In this document: positions 22,595 through 32,173 of the stretch, piece after piece
How the letters are laid out: each line of letters opens with the position of its first letter
How positions within the stretch are numbered: position 1 is the stretch's first letter
Source: Dehalococcoidia bacterium
GTDB lineage: Bacteria; Chloroflexota; Dehalococcoidia; UBA2979
Direction of reading: 5' to 3'
DNA: 64,000 nt
Assembly (NCBI GenBank): GCA_964291495.2
Contig: OZ219871.1
Span: 1,592,922-1,656,921, forward strand
The notes under the pieces: model-generated
The model's input: only the letters and a program-made list of their open reading frames with translations
Database searches by the model: none
What the model was told of the DNA's origin: nothing
Program-made: the position numbers and the translations under genes

Positions 22595-23785
22595 GTGAGC
22601 GATGAGATTCAGGCCCTGGAAGCACAGCTCTACATGCAGGCCGCGCGGCGGCTGCCGGTCACCCTCGTGCGTGGCGAGGGCACGCGCGTCTGGGACAGCG
22701 ACGGCAAGGAGTACCTCGACTTCGTCGCCGGCATCTCGACCAACACCTTCGGCCACGCGGACCCGGGTCTGGCTCAGGCGATCAGCGAGCAGGCAGGCAC
22801 CCTGATCCACTGCTCCAACATCTTCTTCAGCGAGCCGCAGATCGAGCTCGCGCAGCTGCTGATCGACAACTCGCCGATGGACCGCGTCTTCTTCGCGAAC
22901 TCCGGGGCCGAGGCCAACGAGGGCGCGCTCAAGCTGGCGCGCAAGTGGGGTCGCGTCCGCAAGGACGGGGCCGGCGAGATCATCGTGACCCACAACGGCT
23001 TCCTCGGCCGCACGATGGCGACTGTCGCCGCGACCGGCACCCCCGCCTACCGCGAGCCGTTCGAGCCGCTGGTGCCCGGCTTCGTCCACGTCGACTTCGA
23101 CGACATCGAGGCGGTGCAGGCGGCGACCTCGCCGCAGACCGCGGCGGTGATGGTGGAGCCGATCCAGGCCGAGGGCGGCATCATCGTTCCCAGCGACGAC
23201 TACCTGCGGAAGCTGCGCGAGTGGTGCGACGAGCAGCAGATGCTCCTGATGCTCGACGAGATCCAGGTCGGCATGGGCCGCACGGGCACCCTCTGGGCGC
23301 ATGAGCAGGCCGGCATCGAGCCCGATGTCATGACGAGCGCGAAGGCGTTGGGAGGCGGCGTGCCGATCGGCGCGCTGCTCTGCAAGGAGAGCGCCAACGT
23401 CTTCGAGCCGGGCGACCACGGCAGCACCTTCGGCGGGCAGCCGCTGGCCACTGCCGCCGCCGCCCACGTGGTGCGGCGCGTCATCGAGGGCGACATCCTG
23501 CAGAACGTGCGCGAGCGAGGCGCCCAGGCGGCGGCCGCCCTTAGCGCGCTCGGCGAGAAGCACGCTGCGGTGAAGGGCGTGCGCGGCCGCGGCCTGCTGA
23601 TCGGCCTCGAGCTCAACGACGCGATCGCGCCCGACGTGGTCGTCAACTCGGTGGGTCGCGGCCTGCTGCTCAACCCCGTGCGCCCGGACGTCGTGCGGCT
23701 GATGCCGCCGTTGAACGTCAGCGCCGAGGAGATCGACCGCTGCGTCGAGATCATCGACGCCGCGATCAGCGAGGTCACCGCCTGA
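22595..23785 (+). CDS. argD: Acetylornithine aminotransferase
   Basis: YLDF.AGI, NSGAEANE, EPIQAEGG, DEIQVGMGRTG, AKALGGG, HGSTFGG. Confidence 0.93.
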   Translation: MSDEIQALEAQLYMQAARRLPVTLVRGEGTRVWDSDGKEYLDFVAGISTNTFGHADPGLAQAISEQAGTLIHCSNIFFSEPQIELAQLLIDNSPMDRVFFANSGAEANEGALKLARKWGRVRKDGAGEIIVTHNGFLGRTMATVAATGTPAYREPFEPLVPGFVHVDFDDIEAVQAATSPQTAAVMVEPIQAEGGIIVPSDDYLRKLREWCDEQQMLLMLDEIQVGMGRTGTLWAHEQAGIEPDVMTSAKALGGGVPIGALLCKESANVFEPGDHGSTFGGQPLATAAAAHVVRRVIEGDILQNVRERGAQAAAALSALGEKHAAVKGVRGRGLLIGLELNDAIAPDVVVNSVGRGLLLNPVRPDVVRLMPPLNVSAEEIDRCVEIIDAAISEVTA

Positions 23786-23813
23786 CCGGGAGCGCCGTCG
23801 GGAGCCTCGAGCC

Positions 23814-24212
23814 ATGGAGCTGGGCTGGACGATCGTCTACGTCAAGAGCGTCGAGGCGGCCGTGCGCTTCTACCGGCGCGCCTTCGGCCTGGAGCTGCGC
23901 TTCATCGTCGAGACGAAGGACTACGCGGAGATGGAGACGGGCTCGACGGCGCTCGCCTTCGCCTCGAACCGCTTCGCCGCGGTGCACATGCCCGCGCCGA
24001 TCCGCGAGAGCGACCCGGACGAGCCGGCCCCCGGCTTCACCATCTCCTTCCGCAGCAACGATGTGGCGGCGGACTACGAGCGGGCGATCGAGGCCGGCGC
24101 CACGCCGCTGGCGCCGCCGAGCGAGCAACCCTGGGGCCAGACCACCGCCTGCGTGCGCGATCCCGATGGCGTCATGATCGAGATCGCCTCGCCGCTGGTG
24201 GTCGGCGCATGA
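23814..24212 (+). CDS. VOC/glyoxalase family protein
   Basis: IVYV..V..A..FY..AFG, PWGQ...VRDPDG..IEI. Confidence 0.85.
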   Translation: MELGWTIVYVKSVEAAVRFYRRAFGLELRFIVETKDYAEMETGSTALAFASNRFAAVHMPAPIRESDPDEPAPGFTISFRSNDVAADYERAIEAGATPLAPPSEQPWGQTTACVRDPDGVMIEIASPLVVGA

Positions 24213-24242
24213 GCGGAGCCACAGTTTGAGCGGAGACACAGT

Positions 24243-25481
<1,239 letters not shown>

Positions 25482-25522
25482 CCGGCTCGCATGCCGCGGG
25501 CACGCGGTGCTAAACTCGTGTC

Positions 25523-25900
25523 ATGGCAGCCGTCGATCCCGTCGAGGTAGCGGACCACGCCGCGCAGGCGCGTGAGTTCCTGGCGAAGGCCCGGGAGTAC
25601 CTAGCCTCGGACGACCTGCATCAGGCGTCCGAGAAGGGCTGGGGAGCGGCCTCGCACATGGCGAAGGCCGTGGCCGCGGCCCAGGGCTGGGAATATGAGA
25701 CCCACGCAGACTTCAGCGTCGTGCTCAACCGCGCCCGGCGGCTGACCGGTGACGCCCGCCTCGGCAGCCTCCGCGCCATCGCCAACGATCTGCACGGCAA
25801 CTACTACCGTCGCAAGCGGCATCTCGACGCCGCGGTCATAGGCGAGGACGTCGAGAGCATGGCTGAGCTGCTCGAGTTGCTGGCGCCGCTCGCTGCCTGA
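25523..25900 (+). CDS. PaREP1-like HEPN-superfamily protein
   Basis: FL.KA..YL...DL.QASEK.WGA...KA...A..LH.NYY. Confidence 0.75.
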   Translation: MAAVDPVEVADHAAQAREFLAKAREYLASDDLHQASEKGWGAASHMAKAVAAAQGWEYETHADFSVVLNRARRLTGDARLGSLRAIANDLHGNYYRRKRHLDAAVIGEDVESMAELLELLAPLAA

Positions 25901-25944
25901 CCCCCCGCTCGCGCGTCGCACGCGCGCGGTGCTAGCCTCGAACG

Positions 25945-27357
25945 ATGGCGGACGAGGCTGGGCAGCAGGGGGGCGACAAGCTCTGGGGCGGGCGCTTCAG
26001 CGCGCCTACCGACGCGCTCGTCGAGGCCTACACCGCGTCCATCGCCTTCGATAGGCGGCTCTACCGCGAGGACATCGCGGGCTCGATCGCGCACGCCCGG
26101 ATGCTCGCGAAGCAGGGGATCATCGCCGACGCCGACCGCGACGCGATCGTCGAGGGACTGCGTGCCATCGAGGCGGAGATCGAGGCGGGTAGCTTCGAGT
26201 TCCGCGAGGATCGCGAGGACATCCATCTCAACATCGAGGCAGCCCTCGCCGAGCGCATCGGCGAACCGGCGCGGCGGCTGCACACCGCCCGCTCGCGCAA
26301 CGACCAGGTGGCGACCGACCTGCGCATGTTCGTGCGCGCCGCCTGCGACGAGGCCGCCGCGCGCCTGCGCGCGCTGCGAGGCGCGCTGATCGACCTCGCC
26401 GAGCGGGAGGTGGGGACGGTCGTGCCCGGCTACACGCACCTCCAGCGCGCGCAGCCCGTGCTGCTCGCCCATCACCTGCTCGCCTACGAGGAGATGTTCG
26501 CGCGCGACGCCGAGCGGCTGCGGCAGGCGCGAGGGCGCGCCAACGTGCTGCCGCTCGGCTCGGGCGCCCTCGCCGGCGTCGGCTACCCGATCGATCGCGA
26601 GTTCGTCGCGCGCGAGTTGGGCTTCGAGGCGGTCTCCGCGAACTCGCTCGACGCCGTCTCCGACCGCGACTTCGTGGTCGATGTCCACGCGGCGGCGGCG
26701 CTGGCGATGACGCACCTCTCGCGGCTGTCCGAGGAGATCGTGCTCTGGGCCTCGGCCGAGTTCGGCCTCGTGAGCCTCGACGACGCCTTCTCGACGGGGT
26801 CGAGCATCATGCCGCAGAAGCGCAACCCGGACGTGGCGGAGCTGGCGAGGGGCAAGAGCGCGCGCGTGATCGGCAACCTCGTGCAGGCGCTGACCCTGCT
26901 CAAGGGCCAGCCGCTGGCCTACAACCGCGACCTGCAGGAGGACAAGGAGCCGCTCTTCGACACGGTCGACACGCTGCTCGACTCGCTGGCGGTGATGGCC
27001 GCGATGCTGCCCTCGCTGCAATTCGACGCCGAGCGCGGGCGCGCGGCGGCGGTCGCGAACTTCGCGCTCGCGACCGACCTCGCCGACCAGCTCGTGCGCA
27101 ACGGCGTGCCCTTCCGTGAGGCGCACGAGGTGATCGGCGCGCTCGTCGCACGCTGCGAGCAGGAGGGCCGCACCTTCGAGGACCTCACGCCCGAGGAGTT
27201 CGCCGAAGCGCACCCGGTCTTCGCCGCGGAGCCGCCCGCCCTCGGCCTCGAGGCGGCGCTGGCCGCGCGCGCCGCCACTGGCGGCACCGCGCCGGAGGCG
27301 GTGGCGCGCCAGCGCGAGGCCGCCCGCGCGCGGCTCGCGGCCGAGGAGGCGGAGTGA
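25945..27357 (+). CDS. argH: Argininosuccinate lyase
   Basis: KLWGGRF, LHTARSRNDQ, PGYTHLQRAQP, GSSIMPQKRNPD. Confidence 0.97.
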   Translation: MADEAGQQGGDKLWGGRFSAPTDALVEAYTASIAFDRRLYREDIAGSIAHARMLAKQGIIADADRDAIVEGLRAIEAEIEAGSFEFREDREDIHLNIEAALAERIGEPARRLHTARSRNDQVATDLRMFVRAACDEAAARLRALRGALIDLAEREVGTVVPGYTHLQRAQPVLLAHHLLAYEEMFARDAERLRQARGRANVLPLGSGALAGVGYPIDREFVARELGFEAVSANSLDAVSDRDFVVDVHAAAALAMTHLSRLSEEIVLWASAEFGLVSLDDAFSTGSSIMPQKRNPDVAELARGKSARVIGNLVQALTLLKGQPLAYNRDLQEDKEPLFDTVDTLLDSLAVMAAMLPSLQFDAERGRAAAVANFALATDLADQLVRNGVPFREAHEVIGALVARCEQEGRTFEDLTPEEFAEAHPVFAAEPPALGLEAALAARAATGGTAPEAVARQREAARARLAAEEAE

Positions 27358-28037
27358 GCGGCGAGGCGCCAGCGCGGCGCGCCGGCATCGCGCCCTCGAT
27401 CCTCACGGCCGACCTCGGACGCCTCGCCGACGCGGTCGCGGCCGCCGAGGCGGGCGGCGCCGACGTGATGCACATCGACGTGATGGACGGGCAGTTCGTC
27501 CCGCAGATCAGCTTCGGCCCGCTGATCGTCGAGGCCGTGCGCGAGGCGGTCTCGCTGCCGATCGAGGCGCACATGATGGTCGCCGACCCGCTTGAGCAGC
27601 TCGAGCCGCTGGCAGAGGCGGGCGCCGGGAGGCTGATCTTCCACCTCGAGGCGACGGACGAGCCGCAGCGCGAGATCGCGCGGGCGCGCGAGCTGTCCTG
27701 CGAGGTGGGCATCGCGATCAGCCCGCTCACGCCCGTCGCGGCGCTGGAGCCGTGGCTGCCGCAGCTCGACGAGGTGACGGTGATGCTTGTCTACCCCGGG
27801 CGCGGTGGGCAGGAGCTGATCCCGGAGCTGCTGGACAAGGTCCGCGAGCTGCGGGCCGCCCTCGACGCGCTCGGCAGCGACGCGGAGATCGAGGTCGACG
27901 GCGGCGTGAAGGCGCACAATGCGCTGGAGTGCGTCCACGCGGGCGCGAGCCTGCTGGTCGCCGGCTCGGCCGTCTACAACCCCAACGAGACGCCGCAAGA
28001 GGCGCTCGCCACGCTGCGCGCCGCCCTCGAGGCGTGA
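27354..28037 (+). CDS. rpe: Ribulose-phosphate 3-epimerase
   Basis: IAPSIL.AD, HIDVMDG.FVP, V.PG.GGQ, IEVDGG, VAGSA. Confidence 0.95.
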   Translation: MSGEAPARRAGIAPSILTADLGRLADAVAAAEAGGADVMHIDVMDGQFVPQISFGPLIVEAVREAVSLPIEAHMMVADPLEQLEPLAEAGAGRLIFHLEATDEPQREIARARELSCEVGIAISPLTPVAALEPWLPQLDEVTVMLVYPGRGGQELIPELLDKVRELRAALDALGSDAEIEVDGGVKAHNALECVHAGASLLVAGSAVYNPNETPQEALATLRAALEA

Positions 28038-28074
28038 TAGAAGCGCGGACTTCTCGGCGACGTCCGCCGCGCGC

Positions 28075-29147
28075 TCACCCCCCGAACTGGCGGCACCACG
28101 GTAGGTCGAGTCGCTCGTAGTCGGCGATGGCGTCCTTCAATCGCAAGGAAACGCAGCCGCTCAACCTGTTGGCCGAGAGGTACAGCGCTCTCAAGTTGGT
28201 GAGGCCATCCAACTCGGGCGGGACGGCCCCGCTCAACTCGTTGTACTCGAGGTCGAGCAACCGCAGATTCGCGAGCTGGCCAAGTTCCGGCGGGATTGAC
28301 CCGCTCAGATTGTTGTGCGAAAGGAACAAGGACCGCAGGTTGGTGAGGCTGCCCAGCTCAGCTGGGATCGGGCCACTCAACTGGTTCGGTGTGAGGCCCA
28401 GTGTTTCCAGGCGCGCGAGGTCACCCAACGTGGGCGGGATGGGTCCGGTCAGCTTGTTCGCCCCGAGCTCCAGCTCCTTCAGGCGAGCGAGCATGCCCAA
28501 CTCGGGCGGGATCGGTCCACTCAACTGGTTGCTGACGAGGTACAGCCTCTCGAGGTGGACCAGGTCGCCCAACTCCGCCGGGATTGGTCCGCTCAGCTTG
28601 TGCTCCAGCAGGAACAGCTCCTTGAGGCGAGTGAGCATGCCCAGCTCGGGCGGGATCGGCCCGCTCAGGTCGCTGTGCGAGGGAGCCGTGTGAGGGCGGT
28701 GATGCCCAATAATCAGCCGCTCAAGGCGCGTCAGGCGACCCAACTCGGGCGGGATCGTGCCGCTAACTCCAGTTCGTACCCAGACGCGCAACTCGGTCAC
28801 GCGGCCTTCGCCATCGGTCGTGACCCCGGACCACGAGCCGAGCGGTCTGCTGCTCAACCAGTTCGTGCTCTCAGCCCAGCCCCAACCGCCTGCGGCGCGG
28901 TAGAGCGCAACGAGGGCGGCGCGGTCGGCGGCGACCTCCGCCGACTCCGGAGTCCTGCTTGGGGCCGGCGTCGTGGGCACGGGCGCGGGGGGGGGTTCGC
29001 GGGCCGAGCCCGAACGGTGATCTGTGTCGGCGTAGCGGTGGCCGTCGCCTCGCCCGCGCCGGCCTCCTCCCCGCCGCCCGTGCAGGCCACGAGGGCCGAC
29101 GCGGCGAGCAGCAGCGCTGCCAGCAAAGCCGCCAGTCGTGCGTCCAT
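28075..29147 (-). CDS. Plant-type leucine-rich-repeat lipoprotein, split by a one-base shift at a C9 tract
   Basis: Signal peptide/lipobox (LVAC) in the frame starting 29147; LRRNT-like cap plus eight LSGPIP.ELG.L..L..L.L..N repeats in the other frame; frames join at G9 28987-28995. Confidence 0.8.
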
Positions 29148-29278
29148 ACGCGCCCCTCACCCGACAATACGCCGAGGGCTCGCATTCGGTTCCCCCAGAA
29201 GCCGATCGGACGTGAGGTCGCCCGGCTGACGGGCGCGCGGAACCCGGGTCGAGGTCGGGTCCGGGAGTAGGCGTCGGC

Positions 29279-29536
29279 TCAGACGGTGGCGGTGCTGGCC
29301 GAGGGGATGGCGGGCTTGCCCTCGGAGAGGCGCTTGAGCTGGGTGCGCAGGCAGCGCGTGCAGACGTTGACGCGCTTCCAGCGGCCGTCGATCAGCAGCC
29401 GCTTCTTGTGCACGTTGGGGCGGAACTCGCGGTTGGTGCGCTGGGCCTTGCGCTCCCAGCGCCCGGAGTGCTTGTGCCGGATGTTGCGGCCGAAGGCGGT
29501 GCGCTTCGGGCAGAGGTCGCACTTTCCGGAGGCCAT
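29279..29536 (-). CDS. rpmB: 50S ribosomal protein L28 (Zn-ribbon form)
   Basis: CDLC..FGRNI.H..T.R.F.PN..NVCTRCLR; divergent from DAK2 gene as usual. Confidence 0.92.
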   Translation of the reverse strand: MASGKCDLCPKRTAFGRNIRHKHSGRWERKAQRTNREFRPNVHKKRLLIDGRWKRVNVCTRCLRTQLKRLSEGKPAIPSASTATV

Positions 29537-29664
29537 GAGACGCCATCTCTCGTTGTCGCGGCTCGCGCTATGCTTGAGCGGGATCAGAGCGTAGCACCGG
29601 ACCCGGTGCTGCGCTACGCCGCCGCAGACGCGGCGGGGCGCGAGGAACGAGGACGCAGCAGCCA

Positions 29665-31293
29665 ATGACCTCGACCGGCACCGACACCGCGACAGCCCTC
29701 GACGGGGCGGACCTGCGCCACGCGCTCCAGGTCGCCGAACTCTGGCTCGAGGCCAACCGCGAGGCGCTCAACGCGATCAACGTCTACCCCGTGCCGGACG
29801 GCGACACCGGGACCAACATGCTGCTCACCCTGCGCGCCGCGAACGCCACCCTGCCCGAGACGGGCGGCGTCGGCGTGATCAGCAAGGCGCTCGCCGACGC
29901 GGCGCTGCTCGGCGCGCGCGGCAACAGCGGCGTGATCCTCTCGCAGATGCTGCGCGGCTTCGCCGACGGCCTCGAGGGCGTCGAGACGCTCGGGCCCGCG
30001 GAGCTGCGCACCGCCCTCAGCACTGCCTCGGACGTCGCCTACGGCGCCGTGCCCGAGCCCGTCGAGGGCACGATGCTGACGGTCATGCGCGAGGCCGCCG
30101 CGGTCGCGGCGGAGGCCGACGCCGCGCTCGCCCTCGACGAGCTGCTGGCCGTCGCGCTCGAGGAGGCGGAGGCGAGCGTGGAGCGCACGCCGGATCTGCT
30201 GCCGCGGCTGCAGGAGGCCGGCGTCGTCGACGCCGGTGGGCAGGGCGTCGCCGTCGTGCTGGCGGGCCTGCTCTACGGCGTGCGCGGCGAGGCGCTGCCG
30301 GAGCCGCCGCCCGCCCCGACCGGCGCGGTCGACCTCGGCGGCGTCGAGCACGAGGGGCACGGCTACTGCGTCGAGTACATCGTGCAGGGGCAGGGCCTCG
30401 AGCGCGCCGTGCTGGCCGCCGAGCTGAGCGAGGCCGAGGGCGAGTCCGTGCTCGTCGTCGGCGACCCCTCGGCGTTGCGCGTGCACGTGCACATGGAGGA
30501 CCCCGGCGTCGCCCTCTCGAAGGGCGCCGCCCACGGCGGGCTGCAGAGCGTCAAGGTCGACAACATGCAGGCCCAGCACGAGACCTGGGCCGCGGGCCAC
30601 GAGGATGCCGAGGACGACGACGCTCCGGCGCCTCCGGTCGGCCTCGTCGCCGTCGTACAGGGGCCGGGGTTGACGGCGCACTTCCGCGACCTCGGCGTTA
30701 CCCGGATCGTGAGCGGCGGCGCGACGAACAACCCCAGCGCCGGCGAGCTGCTCGAGGCGGCGCGCCGGGCCGGCCGGGAGCGGGTCTTCATCCTCCCCAA
30801 CGACTCCAACGTGCTGCTCGCCGCCGAGCAGGCGGCGCAGCAGGAGCCGGACCTGATCAGCGTCGTCCCCGCCCGCACCGTCGCCGCCGGGCTCGCGGCG
30901 GCTCTTAGCTTCGTGCCCAGCGAGCCACCCGAGGTACTCGAAGAGGCGCTCGGCAACGCCGCCGCTTCCGCCCGCTGCGTCGAGGTCACGCGCGCCGTGC
31001 GCGACGCGACCGCCGACGGCGTGAGCGTGACGGCGGGCGATGCGATCGCGATCGTCGACGGCCGTCTCGTCGCGCGCGCGGAGGACATCGACGACGCGCT
31101 GCTCGCCGGCGTTACGCAGGCGCTTGAGTCCGACGAGATGCTCGAGCTGGCGACCGTGTACCTCGGTGTGGACGCGCCCGCCGGGTCGGCGGATCGGGTG
31201 CCCGAACTGCTCGAGGACGCACACGAAGATCTTGAGGTCGAGGTGTACACGGGCGGGCAGCCGCACTACCCGTACCTCGTGAGCCTCGAGTAG
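29665..31293 (+). CDS. DAK2 domain protein (fatty acid kinase FakA-like)
   Basis: INVYPVPDGDTGTNM, GARGNSGVILSQ, EGTMLTV, VDAGG, GGQPHYPYLVSLE. Confidence 0.92.
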   Translation: MTSTGTDTATALDGADLRHALQVAELWLEANREALNAINVYPVPDGDTGTNMLLTLRAANATLPETGGVGVISKALADAALLGARGNSGVILSQMLRGFADGLEGVETLGPAELRTALSTASDVAYGAVPEPVEGTMLTVMREAAAVAAEADAALALDELLAVALEEAEASVERTPDLLPRLQEAGVVDAGGQGVAVVLAGLLYGVRGEALPEPPPAPTGAVDLGGVEHEGHGYCVEYIVQGQGLERAVLAAELSEAEGESVLVVGDPSALRVHVHMEDPGVALSKGAAHGGLQSVKVDNMQAQHETWAAGHEDAEDDDAPAPPVGLVAVVQGPGLTAHFRDLGVTRIVSGGATNNPSAGELLEAARRAGRERVFILPNDSNVLLAAEQAAQQEPDLISVVPARTVAAGLAAALSFVPSEPPEVLEEALGNAAASARCVEVTRAVRDATADGVSVTAGDAIAIVDGRLVARAEDIDDALLAGVTQALESDEMLELATVYLGVDAPAGSADRVPELLEDAHEDLEVEVYTGGQPHYPYLVSLE

Positions 31294-31318
31294 ATAGCAG
31301 ACGGAAGGACCACGCCCG

Positions 31319-32173
31319 ATGAGCATCCGCATCGTCACCGACTCGACCTGTGACATCCCGCGCGACCTCGCCGAGAAGCACGGAATCACCATCGTCCCCG
31401 CGAGCGTCTTCTTCGGCGACGAGCACCTGCTCGACGGCGTGGACATCGACTCCGACACGTTCTTCGAGCGGCTCGCCCGCGAGTCCCAGCTGCCGACCAC
31501 CTCGCAGCCCTCGCCCGGCGCGTTCCGCGACGTCTACCAGCAACTCAAAGATGAGGGCGCGACGGAGATCCTGTCGCTCCACGTCTCCGAGAAGCTGAGC
31601 GGGACCCTCGCCTCGGCGCGCCAGGGCGCGCAACAGGTCGAGGGCGTGCGCATCGAGACTGTCGATTCGGAGAGCGCGACGCTGGCGCTCGGGCTGGGTG
31701 CGATCACGGCGGCCGAGGCGGTTGCGGACGGTGCGAGCCTCGACGAGGCGCGTGACCGGGTGCTGGAGCAGTTCGGGCGCACGCAGAACTTCATCCTCGT
31801 CGATACGCTCGAATACCTGCGCCGCGGTGGCCGCATCGGGCGCGCGCAGGAGATGCTCGGCGGCCTGATGCGTGTCAAGCCGCTGCTCGCGATCCAGGAC
31901 GGCGTGATCGTCCCGGTCGGCCGCGTGCGCACGAAGAAGAAGGCGGTCGCCGAAGTGATCCGCCGCACAGCCGCGCTCGGCTCGATCGAGCAGCTCGCCG
32001 TGCTCCACTCGACCACCCCGGACGAAGCGGCCGACCTCGCCAGCCGACTCGGCGAGAACGCGCCCGGTGCGCCCGTGATGCAGGGCCAGGTCGGCCCCGC
32101 CATCGGCGTGCACGTCGGTCCCGGGCTGCTCGCCGTCGTCGCAGTACTCTCCCCGGTCGCCCCTGCGGCATGA
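31319..32173 (+). CDS. DegV family fatty-acid-binding protein (FakB-like)
   Basis: IVTDSTCD, PTTSQPS, S.KLSGT, L.YLRRGGRIG, IG.HVGPG. Confidence 0.93.
   Translation: MSIRIVTDSTCDIPRDLAEKHGITIVPASVFFGDEHLLDGVDIDSDTFFERLARESQLPTTSQPSPGAFRDVYQQLKDEGATEILSLHVSEKLSGTLASARQGAQQVEGVRIETVDSESATLALGLGAITAAEAVADGASLDEARDRVLEQFGRTQNFILVDTLEYLRRGGRIGRAQEMLGGLMRVKPLLAIQDGVIVPVGRVRTKKKAVAEVIRRTAALGSIEQLAVLHSTTPDEAADLASRLGENAPGAPVMQGQVGPAIGVHVGPGLLAVVAVLSPVAPAA

Noticed and set aside
18926-23815. 1629-aa minus-strand ORF, and similar long ORFs such as 9665..11764, 38753..41305, 11915..13549
   Set aside because: Antisense shadows of well-supported genes; stop codons are rare in very GC-rich DNA and the products have no motifs
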